From contig NC_042998.1 in assembly GCF_006345805.1 (NCBI RefSeq), positions 75,330,001 to 75,394,000 of the forward strand: DNA of 64,000 bases, in the 5' to 3' direction. The position numbers and the translations under genes were made by a program. The notes beneath the pieces were generated by a model. That model had not been told where the DNA came from, made no database searches, and saw only the letters and a list, made by a program, of their open reading frames with translations. This document shows, piece after piece, positions 50,301 to 62,159 of the stretch. Every line of letters begins with the position of its first letter. Position 1 is the first letter of the stretch. Source of the stretch: Octopus sinensis. Lineage: Eukaryota.

Positions 50301-52509
50301 CTTAATCTGCTAAGATTGGTTTCTGAAATTAGAACTGCGTTCCTGTCACTATATCGTTCCGAGACCTGCAGCCGCTTACTACTCTATTTCCACTACGTCA
50401 CTATTAACTATAGGAATAACCTGATTCTCCACTATCTATCAGAGTGCTGTTCATTGCTACTGCCCGTGGTACTGCTATTGCGGGAAATGATGCTGGGGAT
50501 GCTAATGGGGCTCTCTACCCTACTCCCATTGTTACCGTCAACCACAACACCCTATTTATAACTATACCCCTAGTGGGTACTCCTAGCTGGAGCTGAGATT
50601 ATGTGTCACTGTACTGGCTCTCCACTGTACGCACTATCCAAGGCCGGTTATAGGCAGAAGGTAATTTATATTGATCCGGCCCTTCCGATGCCATCATTCG
50701 GTCATCAGGATAGGGCGTATATATAAAACATTAACATTTTAAGTAAGGACGGGAGCGCGGCGGATGCCGGGGTAGTCGCTCCCGCATTTAATTTAGCGAA
50801 CAAGGATAATTATCGGTCCGGGAGGTCTTACACTAACCCAAGACCCGTATTCATCCGAGAATCACCCACCCGAATGCGAGAGCTGGCGCCCGACCTATCA
50901 CACTGATAGGAATAAGCATATATGGTTGTAATCCCCTTTGTGTAAGCAGATTAGAACTAACCTCCCCCTCATTTTAGACAAGCCATCGCCAATAACTTCC
51001 CCAGAAATTCCAAATATTACTCCACGGTTAACTCACATAAAGTTAGGATAGCTTTCTCCAACACTAAAAACCTCGCCCAGTAATCGCCTCCCATAATAAT
51101 AGGCTACTTACTAAGACCCATCACCTTTTTCCGGAGGCACAGCTCTTCCGCTCCCGGTTTAATGCTCAGTAGGAATAATTATAGTAGTAATAATGATATG
51201 AGAGCCAGTACAGTGACACATAATCTCAGCTCCAGCTAGGAGTACCCACTAGGGGTATAGTTATAAATAGGGGTGTTGTGGTTGACGGTAACAATGGAGT
51301 AGGGTAGAGAGCCCCATTAGCATCCCCAGCATCATTTCCCGCAATAGCAGACCACGGGCAGTAGCAATGACAGCACTCTGATAGATAGTGGAGAATCAGG
51401 GGTTATTCCTATAGTAATAGTGACGTAGTGGAAAATAGAGTAGTAAGCGGCTGCAGGTCTCGGAACGAATATAGTGACAGGAACGCAGTTCTAATTTCAG
51501 AAACCAATCCTAGCAGATTAAGATTCACGTCGGCGAACTCCAAGATCAAAAACGCCCGTCTACCAATGCAAGGTTTACACGGACTCAGATGCCTTCACTT
51601 ATGTAGGGGATCATCCTCAGATTGTCTTTGCGTGTCTCCAACCATTACGCAACTTTTCGGGACGTGAACAAGCGCCAGACAGGGACTCAGTAAGCTAATA
51701 TGGCGACTGAAGGATACGAACTTAAGCTATAGGCTGGAATGGTCAATTTTGTCGGTGGCCCTCCCATTGATAGGGGCAGAAGACAGTGCAACTTTGTGTC
51801 TCCGAACTCTTCCATATTTGTTTGCCAGAGGCCGGATGGTAAACGGGCTCTTACAGTCGGCTTTTCGATGCCCCATTGGCGGCGTTACACTTATCTGGCC
51901 TTTAAATAGCGTTTATAAATAATACCGGCACCCATAGCCCTTGGTAACAAATTCTGAAATAGCCTTAAGATATCTACGATTAACCACTGCAAGGGGAATT
52001 ACTCTGTAAGACAAACGGGGCTTGGTTTTTCACAGCGGGGGGTTTCCTGACAAGGCAGGCTTAGATGAACACACACACAACATAAAAAACATAATATATA
52101 TATATAATTTTTTTATTTTTTTCTTTCTGCCACCCAACGGGTATCACGGCAGTAGCCACTGACAGCCGAACGATCAAACGCACACACGTACAAAAAAAAT
52201 GTTTTCTACCCCTACGCCAACACACACATATATAGAACAGTATACACACACACACGTCTTAAGTAGATTTTTTCTCGCCCCTTATAAAAATCACAATATT
52301 CTTTAAATAGTCAGAACTTTATTCTCGGTCACAAAGAACATCTATACACCCTCACCCACATGATTTACCGATGCCTGACCGTTGAATTCTTCAGCCACCG
52401 GTTCTCAACATACACTGATAAACAGTTTCGCCATGGGCTCTTAGGAGCACAGTTCGATTTGTTTTTGCTCCGCCTCTGTTCTGTTTTTGTTTTTCCAACG
52501 GATTTCCTT

Positions 52510-52599
52510 TTTTCTTCCTGAAGAGAAAGACACAATATGGTCCCATTATTCAATCGGATTTTGGTAATTTGTGCCTTTCGAAACACGTGTAGAATGAAA
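52510..52599 (+). ncRNA. Type I hammerhead ribozyme with long stem II
   Basis: TTTTCTTC | CTGAAGA (52518-24) | GAAAGACACAA ..33 nt.. TTGTGCCTTTC (10 of 11 pairs) | GAAA | CACGTG | TA | GAATGAAA. Confidence 0.78.
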
Positions 52600-52648
52600 T
52601 AAAACGATTTCTGTTCAATCTGCGTTCAGCTCCATTTCTTCAATTCAC

Positions 52649-52695
<47 letters not shown>

Positions 52696-52699
52696 TAAT

Positions 52700-54062
52700 T
52701 GAAATATGTTACAAAAAGAGAATAGAAACTACACGTGGATATGTAAGTGTAAATTAAGAAAATCAACGAAACTGCACATTGTAAATAAATAAAGAAAAGG
52801 CTTTTTATAAAAGGGAACGACAGATATATACAATTAGATGAACTGAGGAAGTAATAAAAGTAATAAAAGTCACAAAAGTCATTATTATGAGATTATTGAA
52901 GAGATTCAAACAGCATACCGCGGTTTCGTTAGACTATTCATTGCTTTGAATGAACACCGGTTAATGAACGGTGTCAGGTCTAATAGTTCCCGAGTAAAAG
53001 GATTATTTGTAAGGGAGGTAAGCAGTTCTGGATTTTGTGCAGTTAGGTTAGATATAGAATTGTAATGTGAATGGTGTAAAGGATGTATGGGGGTTAGTGG
53101 TATTAATTGAAGGGTTAGTAGTGTTCTGTATTATGTTATGTGTTCATATTTAGTTGGGGAAGATATTTATTGATGAAAATTGTCTCTTTATTCAATCTTT
53201 GTTGCATTGAGGTGTTCTGTGAACATTGATAGTAGGGGAAATTTTGGAAATTAGTATTAAGATTCCTAGCACACCTTTCTATGTGTTCACTAACTTGTAA
53301 CTGTCTGTATTGTGGGTGGCGGATTTGTTCTTTGTGGATGGTGGTTCTTCGACGGAGTGAAAATCCTGTTTGTCTAATATAGATTAGATTTTCCGAGGCG
53401 CAGGTGAACTTTGATTTGATTTTAAATATTCCACCTTGTCTGAAGTGGAATTCTGATCCCTCCAAAATGTGGGGGCATGTTTCACAGTTAGGACGACCAC
53501 CTTTGTTCACTTTTGGCTCTGTTGTTAGTAGATATAATCTTGCGCTGATTAATATTTTTTCAATGACTTCGGTTGCATTTTGCTTTTTATAATTTTGTAT
53601 GAGCTTAAAATTTAGTACATTGTTTTGTCTCCTGTGAGGATGGGAAGATTTTGGGTGATAATGTTGAAGGCTTTGATATTTCTAGGGTTATGTGTGGAAA
53701 TGTACGGGATTATTTTTAAGTCTGGTTTAGTATTTCGGCTGACTTCCCTTAATGTTTGTATATCTATTTCCTTAGCTCGTTTAATGCAATCATGTATTAA
53801 TGAGAATGGGTAATGTATTTTAATTAGTGTTGATCTAAGTCAAAGGAGTCTTTTTTCACGAGTATAAGCATCCGAAACTATGGTACAGATTCTTTTCGCT
53901 AGATTAAAACGTAAATTAACTTTTATGTGTTTGAGGTGGCAAGAGTTAAATAATAGGTATTGTTTAGAACCTGTGGGTTTATAAAAGATATCTGTTTCTA
54001 TGTGGTTGTTAACTATTTTAATCAAGATGTCAAGAAAAGGGAGTTGTTTACTGTCTATGCTG
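52700..54062 (-). mobile_element. 5'-truncated Penelope-like element (RT C-terminus, GIY-YIG, pLTR)
   Basis: IETDIFYKPTGSKQYLLFNSCH, KGGRPNCETCPHI, FTCASENLIY, RQTG, QRLNKETIFINKYLPQLN. Confidence 0.88.
52904..52951 (-). ncRNA. Decayed hammerhead ribozyme in the PLE pLTR
   Basis: Minus strand ATTCAAAGCA | ATGAATA | GTCTAAC | GAAA | CCGCGG | TA | TGCTGTTTGAAT: bulged stem I and palindromic stem III are intact; the core is mutated. Confidence 0.5.
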
Positions 54063-54149
54063 TCTTTCCAAAGTCTGAATCAATCATACTTATATATATA
54101 TATATATATATATACATATATTATATATATATGTGTGTATATATATAAG

Positions 54150-54441
54150 CGACGTCGTTGCCAGTGCCGCTGGACTAGTTCCTGTGCAAGTGGGACGTAA
54201 AAAACACCACTTGAACGTGGCTGTTGCCAGTACCGCCTGACCGGCCCTCATGCCGGTGGCATATAAAAGCACCCACTATACTCTCGGAGCGGTTGGCGTT
54301 GGGAAGGGTATCCAGCTGTAGAAACTATAGAAACCAGATAAAATTGGAGCCTGGTACAGCCATCTGGTTCGCCAGTCCTCAGTCAAATCGTCCAACCCCA
54401 TGCTAGCATGGAAAGTGGACGTTGAACAACGACGACGATGA

Positions 54442-54443
<2 letters not shown>
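54150..54443 (+). mobile_element. SINE with an RTE-type 3' tail (family D)
   Basis: GTTGCCAGTACCGCCTGACCGG ... GCGGTTGGCGTTGGGAAGGGTATCCAGCTGTAGAAAC ... CCAACCCCATGCTAGCATGGAAAGTGGACGTT followed by short (GAC/GAT)n. Confidence 0.75.
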
Positions 54444-54502
<59 letters not shown>

Positions 54503-55439
54503 TATATATATATATATATATATATACTTCTTATACTGTGGCCATGTTACATCGACTCCTATGTTTTATTGAAATCAGATTGATAGTAGACAAAGCCCCG
54601 TTCGCCGGAACTTGAACTCGAATTATAGCCAGAGTAATATACAAGGAAATAATGTAAGTCATAACACTTGGATGTCAGTTTAGGATTGGCTACGAATGAT
54701 TCCTACTGTAATAACTACATGATAAAATTCTGTTTGTTGCAACATAGCGTCCCCGCCGAGAAAATTTATTTAGCAGTACAATTACCCGAAAGAAATGTTA
54801 TTTGAACTTAAATCTTGAGAACGTCTATAAATATGAATCTGGGAAAAATCTATCGCAGCTTTTCTTTAATACCGTCCATAAATATATCAATTGTAAGTTA
54901 TGAAAAAAAAGCGCTTATAGTTAGAAAATTTCCCACAAGTGCAACAACAGAGAATACTTGTTAACGTTTGAAGAAATACATTCTGCGGTAGTAGATGAAT
55001 AATGTAAAGAAACAAGCATTAACAACGATATTTTATAGAGAATTTTTGAGAAAATATTACTAAGTTTATATCTTATTAAGAGATACAAGAAACATCTTTT
55101 GATACTAATATTACAGAGACCGCAACTATGAAAAATCTAACATGAAAGAAAATGAGTAAAAAAAAGAAACTTATTTTCAAATATTTACTGAATAGAAAAT
55201 ATTATTCGCCTACAAAAGTCGTTTCTAACTTACCTTTACCAATAGGGACTATTTGGAAAAGTTCAAAAGAAAAAAATATATATTTTCAAATGAAATGGTC
55301 AATAACAAATACAGCAAAATACATTGATAACAACATTATTGATAAATTATTTATCCATTTCTGGCCCTGTATTTGTGTATATGAGTGTGTGTGTGCGTGT
55401 GTATTTGTGCATGTATATACAATGTATATACACACACAC

Positions 55440-55476
55440 GCGTATATATATATATATAATATATATATATATATAC

Positions 55477-55574
<98 letters not shown>

Positions 55575-55612
55575 GGCATATATATATATGTTTATAGGAA
55601 TATATCTGTATG

Positions 55613-55648
<36 letters not shown>

Positions 55649-55733
55649 GTGTGTGTTTGTACATAGACACACACAAACACATATATTATATATATATATG
55701 AATATATATATATATATATATACACGTATATAC

Positions 55734-55832
<99 letters not shown>
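55440..55832. repeat. Interrupted (TA)n microsatellite array
   Basis: Direct reading; source of the 216-aa pseudo-ORF. Confidence 0.95.
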
Positions 55833-56127
55833 GGTATACAACTGTATAAAATTATGTGCGTGTTTTACGCATAATTATGAATAAACTAGATCAAATATAA
55901 ACTCAATAGCACACACTACGTATAGATGGAGTTCTATATCTCTATTTAACAAGGAAAATGTTAGGAGTGGTTCCGAAGTGTCAGCTTCGGCAGGCAGGAA
56001 CCTAAGTTTATATGGGTAGTAGGTCTAGTAGAAAGAATTTAATAACTACGACATAGTAATTGAATAAATAGAAGTAGTGTACATATACATGCATATATAT
56101 ATATTTTTTTTATATATATATATATAT

Positions 56128-56334
56128 GTCGCTATGATGGGTCGGTAGCCACTACACACATTTTTTCTCTACTTGTTTCGCTCATTGTTTCTTTCTGTGC
56201 TTCTTTCTTTAGAAGAGCGTAGGCTCGAAACGTAAAAGACTTTATCAATTCCTGAGCGTTATACTAATAAATCTGTTTGTTTTCTACACCACCTGTCTTC
56301 GTCTTTTGTATTTTTCTTTTCGTGAACTCTCCCT
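56128..56334 (+). mobile_element. Another copy of the 32830-33055 pLTR-like family with a degenerate hammerhead (56202-56240)
   Basis: AGAAGAGCGTAGGCTCGAAACGTAAAAGACTT ... TTCCTGAGCGTTATACTAATA ... CACCTGTCTTCGTCTTTTG. Confidence 0.75.
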
Positions 56335-56359
56335 ATATACATATATATATGTGTGTGTG

Positions 56360-56498
56360 TGTATGTGTCTGTGCCCCTCCCCCCATCGCTTGACAACCGA
56401 TGTTGCTGTGTTTAGGTAAGTTAACGGTTTGGCAAAAGAAAACTATAGAATAAGTGCCAGGCTTACATAGAATAAGTCCTGAGGTCCATTTCTTCGAC

Positions 56499-56500
<2 letters not shown>
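56360..56500 (+). mobile_element. SINE family B 3' fragment
   Basis: CATCGCTTGACAACCGATGTTG ... GGCAAAAGAAAACTATAGAATAAGTGCCAGGCTTACA. Confidence 0.75.
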
Positions 56501-56529
<29 letters not shown>

Positions 56530-56573
56530 AATCAAGTCAAAAATAGAAAATGCTAAAATAATTTTATAGTGAA

Positions 56574-56621
56574 CATTTCAGTACCGGTTTCGGTCAGTTT
56601 GAGACCTTTTCAACTGTAACG
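56574..56621 (-). ncRNA. Minimal type I hammerhead ribozyme, U3-A8 core variant
   Basis: Minus strand CGTTACAG | TTGAAAA | GGTC TCAAACT GACC | GAAA | CCGG | TA | CTGAAATG. Confidence 0.75.
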
Positions 56622-56974
56622 ATTAATAATTAAATTTAGAAAAATTAGAAGAAAAGTTTTTTTAAAAGAATATTCTATAGTAGTGTTCAGATTTAAGTGG
56701 CATTCTGCCTTTCTCTGACTCCCTTGTTTGCACTTGTGTGTTCGAGGTAGTTGTGAGTTCTTGGTAGGGTAGTAGAGGGAAGGCTGGTGAGGAAAGGTGG
56801 GGTGGGAGAATCTGGGAGTGCCTTGATGGTCGTATTTTGAATGGTCAGTGGCGGCTGGCAGTCTCAGTTCAATTCAGGAGAATATTTATATTGACAGGCT
56901 TGTTTATAGAATTAGCGTAGGTGTTATACTAAAAAACATTAGTGACAAAGTTAAGGGGTAGGGGGTGGAGAAGT

Positions 56975-57245
56975 AGAAGAAGAAGAAGAAGAAGAAGAAG
57001 AAGAGAAGAAGAAGGAGAAGGAGAAGATGACGATGATGGTGATGGTGGTGATGATTATGACGACGATGATGATGATAATGATGATGATGAGAAGAAGAAG
57101 AAGAAGAAGAAGAAGAAGAAGGAGGAGAAGGAGAAGATGGTGGTGATGATGGTGGTGATGATGATGACGCCGATGATGATGATAATGATGATGATGATAA
57201 TGATGATGATGAAGAAGAAGAGGAAGAAGAAGAAGAAGAAAAAAA
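56975..57245. repeat. Compound (GAA)n/(GAT)n/(GGT)n trinucleotide tract inside the pLTR (mirror at 60332-60485)
   Basis: Direct reading; source of the poly-R/D/K pseudo-ORF. Confidence 0.95.
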
Positions 57246-60200
57246 CAGAGAAGGGAGAATATGAATGGGTGTAAATATAGCTATGAAGGGGCTGATTAGT
57301 AATGGATTCTATGGAGTGTAGTATTTGTGTGTGTATATATATTTTTTTCTTTTATTCTAAAGTTGAGGTATATTAATTGTTTGTCGTAGACCCGTTAAGA
57401 AGTGGCTTGTGTTTTGTAATAAAGAGATTTTCTTTACTTATTCGTTGTCTCGAGGCTGTATCGTCCCTAAATTAGTAGAGGGGGAAAATTCTGAAGTTTG
57501 GTGTTTTTTTGTTGGCGCAAGTATCTATGTGTTGGCTAAAAGCTATTTTTCTGTTTTGGGGAATTTTTATCTGGGATCTGTGCAGGGCCATTCGTTTACG
57601 CAAACCATTTTTTGTTTGGCCTATGTACTGCTCTTGACACCCGGAGCAGGTTAGTGAGTATATTAGGTTCTCCGAAGCACATGTGAAGTTGCTTTTCACT
57701 GTAAACCGTTGTCTCTGTTTGAAGGAGAACTCAGAACACTCGATTAGATAGTCGCATATCCCGCAATTGGGTCTTCCACATTTTTTTACTGTCGGCTTCT
57801 GTGTTGAAGAGTGAATTCGGGCTTGTGTAAGGAGACTTTTCATGGATCTAGGCTGTCTTTTGCTTTTTATGATCGTGTGTGTTTGGAGGATTGTGTTCAT
57901 TCTGTGGTCTTTTTTTAGGAGGGGTATGTTGTGGAGGATGGTGTCGAAGGCTTCGTTATTGAGAGGGTTGTGTGTGGAGATGTATGGTGAGGCTTTTGGT
58001 TGTAAGTTTTTCTTTGATTTGGGATGTCTCAGTCCTTGATGTTAAGTTGAAGGGCACGTTGAATGCACTTGTCAATAAGTGAAGGTGGATAGTTCCTGGT
58101 GATTAGGGTATCTTTTAGTTCTTGTAGTCGTGTGTCTCTGGTTGTGCGTTAGAGACTATAGTGCATATCCTTTTTGCTAGATTGAAGGGGATATTCATCC
58201 TGGTGTGTCTGGGGTGGCATGAATTGAATGGAAGATATTGCTTAGAGTCTGTAGGCTTATAGTATATGTCTGTTTCTATTATATTATTAGCTTCTTAATG
58301 AGGATATCGAGGAAGGGGAGTTGTTGTTGGCTATATTCCATCGTGAATTGGATGTTTACGTCCAGTCCGTTTAAAATTTTCTGGAATTCTATGAGTTTTT
58401 CTATATTTTTATGCCAAAGGATGAAACAGTCATCTAGATATCTCTTCCAGTGTTTTCTATGTAGATGGAGAAAGGGCTGCCATATCTTTCTAGAACCTTA
58501 CGATACAGACTGATCTCTAGGTATCCTATGACTAGGTTGGCAAAGGAGGGGGCCATTCGTGTACCCATCGCAGTCCCCGATTTTTGTCGGTAGAGAAGTT
58601 GTCATTGAAGGCGAAGAAGTTATTTTCCAGGATGAATTTAACCCCTTCTATCACAAATTCTTTTTTGATGCGGTGTGGTAGTTCGTTGGCGTGATTCTCT
58701 AGCCAGAATTGGATTGCCTCTAGTCCTAGGTTGTGGGGGATATTGGAGTAGAGGTTGACTACATCGAAGGATACCAGTATGGTGCTTTTGTTTATAGTAT
58801 TCGGTAGGTGATTGAGCATATCTAAGTCGTCCCTTATATAGCTTTTGACATGTTTGAGGAGTGGTTTTAACAGGGTGTCTAAAAAGTTACTGAGGCGGGG
58901 GTTTCGCATGCGGGACCTGCTATTATGGGTCTCAATTTGAGGTCATTAGGATTAGGGACTTTAATTATTTTGTCTGTAGCTATCTTGCATGCGTTGCTTA
59001 TTTTTTCACTTTTGTGGATCTTAGGAATACCGTAGAATTGGCTAGTTTTACTTGTGAAATTGGTCATATCATAATATAATGCTTTGTATGGTTTAATATG
59101 GATTTTAGTTCCCTCATTATTTTTTTGACTGTAGTTTTGTGCCTTTTCATAGTATGTTGTGTCTTCCAGCATAGAAAGTACCAAAGTTATGTAAAATGTC
59201 GTATCCATTAAGACAACAGCACTCCCTTTATCGGCCTCTTGATTGTTATGTTTTATCTAGTTTTAATTGTTCAACTCAGCCCATTCTTTTTTGCTGAAGT
59301 TTGGTTTGTGTTTTTGTTTGTGCATATGTTGATATGGGTAATTTGATATGTGGTCACAGAAATCATCAGGTGTTTTATTCTTACCTTTCGAGGGGGTGTA
59401 GTTACTCCTATTTCTGGCTAACGATTCGTCCTCGTTGTATTTATCGTATAGCTCCTCAGTAAGTCTTAATTTTCTGCAGAATTCTGCGATGTCTTCTTTC
59501 ATTTCATTGTAGTTGGGGTGTTGTGGGGTGGGTGTGTAACTTGGGTCCTTTGGAAGTATGTTATTTGGTTTGCTGTTAGTCCTTGTGAGTTAGATTAATA
59601 ATTTTTATTACTTTTGGTTCCTCCTGCTTGTTGGTGCTATCTTGTGTCTCTGTGTTTGCGTATTGGGTCTAAAAAATGAATGCGGTGGTTGGGACGGTAG
59701 CTAGTATATAGTTGTTCTTTGTTGATTAGGGGTCTCCTGTTGTGATTTATGGTGTGTGTTCTTGGAGCAGTATTGAGGAGAGCATCCCGATATCCCATAT
59801 TCGGGTGTGGTGTTCTAGAAGGCCTTCGTGGTAATCATTGCAAGTGGGGTGGGTTTGTTGTGCATGGTTGTTTAACGGTTAATGGACGAAGATTTCGTTG
59901 GTAACTCCTTTGGGTGGGGATGAGGTTGCAGTGTCTATGCTGTGGGTGTTGATTTATCCTTCTCTGCTTGAAGTGGGGGTATTCCTGATATTGTATCGCT
60001 GGCTGCTTACAGAGTTAGGGTTAGGTCCTGTATTCTTTTTTTGATAGTAGTGAAGGTTCCGATTTTTAGACAGGGTGTATCGGTGTTTGGGTGTTGTTTT
60101 GGTTTTCTATTTTCTGGAAAGGGTTGTTGGAGGCTTGCTCTGTTTGAAAGACGGCTTCATAGTCTGAGAACCAAGTGGCGCTTTTCTCCCAGCGTTGGAG

Positions 60201-60835
60201 AGATTTTAGTTCTTCTTTTTCACAGTCCTCTTTCCATAGTTTGGAGAACTTCTCTTGATCTGGGCCTTGGGTCATTTTGCGAATTTCTTCGTTGATATCT
60301 TCATCGGTGGATTTTATTTTATCCTCATTCCTCATCATCACCACCATCATCACCACCATCTTCTCCTTCTCCTCCTTCTTCTTCTTCTTCTTCTTCATCA
60401 TCATCATTATCATCATCATCGTCGTCATAATCATCACCACCATCACCATCATCGTCATCTTCTCCTTCTCCTTCTTCTTCTTCTACTTCTCCACCCCCTA
60501 CCCCTTAACTTTGTCACTAATGTTTTTTAGTATAACACCTACGCTAATTCTATAAACAAGCCTGTCAATATAAATATTCTCCTGAATTGAACTGAGACTG
60601 CCAGCCGCCACTGACCATTCAAAATACGACCATCAGGGCACTCCCAGATTTCCCACCCCACTTTCCTCACCAGCCTTCCCTCTACTACCTACCAAGAACT
60701 CACAACTACCTCGAACACACAAGTGCAAACAAGGGAGTCAGAGAAAGGCAGAATGCCACTTAAATCTGAACACTACTATAGAAATATTCTTTTAAAAAAA
60801 TTTTCTTCTAATTTTTCTAAATTTAATTATTTAAT

Positions 60836-60883
60836 CGTTACAGTTGAAAAGGTCTCAAAATGACCGAAAACGGTACTGAAATG
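60836..60883 (+). ncRNA. Hammerhead ribozyme, U3-A8 variant, inverted-pLTR copy with stem III substitution
   Basis: CGTTACAG | TTGAAAA | GGTC TCAAAAT GACC | GAAA | ACGG | TA | CTGAAATG (CCGG changed to ACGG). Confidence 0.6.
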
Positions 60884-60964
60884 TTCACTATAAAATTATT
60901 TTAGCATTTTCTATTTTGACTTGTTTTTTCATATATATCAACTCGTGTGTTCCTTTTCACCCTT

Positions 60965-61011
<47 letters not shown>

Positions 61012-61088
61012 TATATACATATATATATAGAGAGAGAGAGACAGAGAGAGAAATATTAATATTTCTAAGTCTCTTTGGGTTCGACTGC

Positions 61089-61131
61089 TCTGCATTGATA
61101 AGGGGCAAATACCCTGAAACTAGTCTGCAGA
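61089..61131 (+). ncRNA. Minimal type I hammerhead ribozyme, U3-A8 core variant, orphan
   Basis: TCTGCA | TTGATAA | GGGG CAAATA CCCT | GAAA | CTAG | TC | TGCAGA: perfect 6-bp stem I, palindromic stem III, GUC site. Confidence 0.78.
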
Positions 61132-62159
61132 TGCCTGACAAACAAGAGGAAGCGACTGACCTCCCCTGTTCGAAGGTTATAATGGACACAGGTTCGTGTG
61201 TCACATAGTTAGCTAGAGGCGATGGCCTCTTGGAGGTAATCAATGGTACCATTCGCCCTATACTTCTCAACTGCCATATTAGCTTGGCGATAACTATTAA
61301 TGTATATATATATACATAAACTGTAAAGGCAAGCAATGATGTATCTATTCGTTGTTAATACCTCCGGTTGGATTTCAACCTATATATGCTAACCGCTGCC
61401 AGCTGCTCAATTTCACCTTCAGAAAACAAACTATTTCTTAAGACGTTATTTATTAACAATGATTCAAGAACGTAGAGAAACGTATAAATTATGAACAGAC
61501 AGATAATTGTTTCGATTGTCTTAGATTTTGGTACTCCAAATATTTTAATATCAACTTGGCAAACATTTGTATGCATCACCAAGTAAATTATTTGTTGATT
61601 TCTCCAACAAAGAAGAAACAGGCTTGACTAGAGTCAGATAACGGGATGGAGCTCAGTGAAGAAATACAATCATATCGAAATGCCTTTGTCTCAGCAAAAT
61701 CAACGCCAAAGAATCTTACGTGGTATTAATACGTATCTTCTAAATGTAGAAATTGTAGATTGGAGCCCAATGATGCCGCGAATAACATATTTACGTTGAA
61801 ATGTGCGAGAAGATATTACGTTTTCACAATGAATTCATGTATCAATGTGTAAATATATGTTTATTTACATCATTACACACACGCACAGGCACGCACGCGC
61901 ATATACACACGCATGCACGCGCGCGCGCGCACACACACACATACACATCATCCTGCTAAATACACATCATCCTGCTAAATCCTACACAGTCAGAATCACA
62001 CGTTTACGCTTGTCCTCTTGTGTCCTGCCAACAAGCCCGGACTTTTCTTTAACACCTTGTCAACTTTGGAAATTCCTTGATTCTTGATTTTTGTGATTAT
62101 CTCCTCTTCTCATATAGAGCAGTTCTTACAGTTCTATATTTAAGAGATGAGGAATTATG

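Larger units (their letters stand above)
49002..52655. mobile_element. Palindromic Penelope-like element of a second lineage (arms 49156-50622 and 51200-52655, 577-bp spacer)
   Basis: Arms are reverse complements; they encode a GIY-YIG (AVYQCKV..TYVG ... LSKLIWRLK ... CNLC..E ... CPH); the spacer encodes a decayed RT C-terminal part on + (IW.NP..CKQIRTN, KVRIAFSNTKNL..IASHN). Confidence 0.9.
56526..60930 (-). mobile_element. Penelope-like retroelement, near-complete ORF (disrupted), 3' pLTR plus inverted pLTR copy at the 5' end
   Basis: ADKGSAVV, FYGIPKIHKS, LRPIIAGP, SFDVVNLYSNIP, WKRYLDDCF (YLDD 58429-58440), LIYSLTCSGCQEQYIGQT; 56526-57164 and 60332-60930 are inverted repeats. Confidence 0.93.

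Noticed and set aside
56942-57274. Poly-R/E/D/K/M ORF and its mirrors at 60066-60555
   Set aside because: Trinucleotide tract within the pLTR; only the part of 60066-60458 downstream of the junction at ~60330 is genuine PLE coding sequence.
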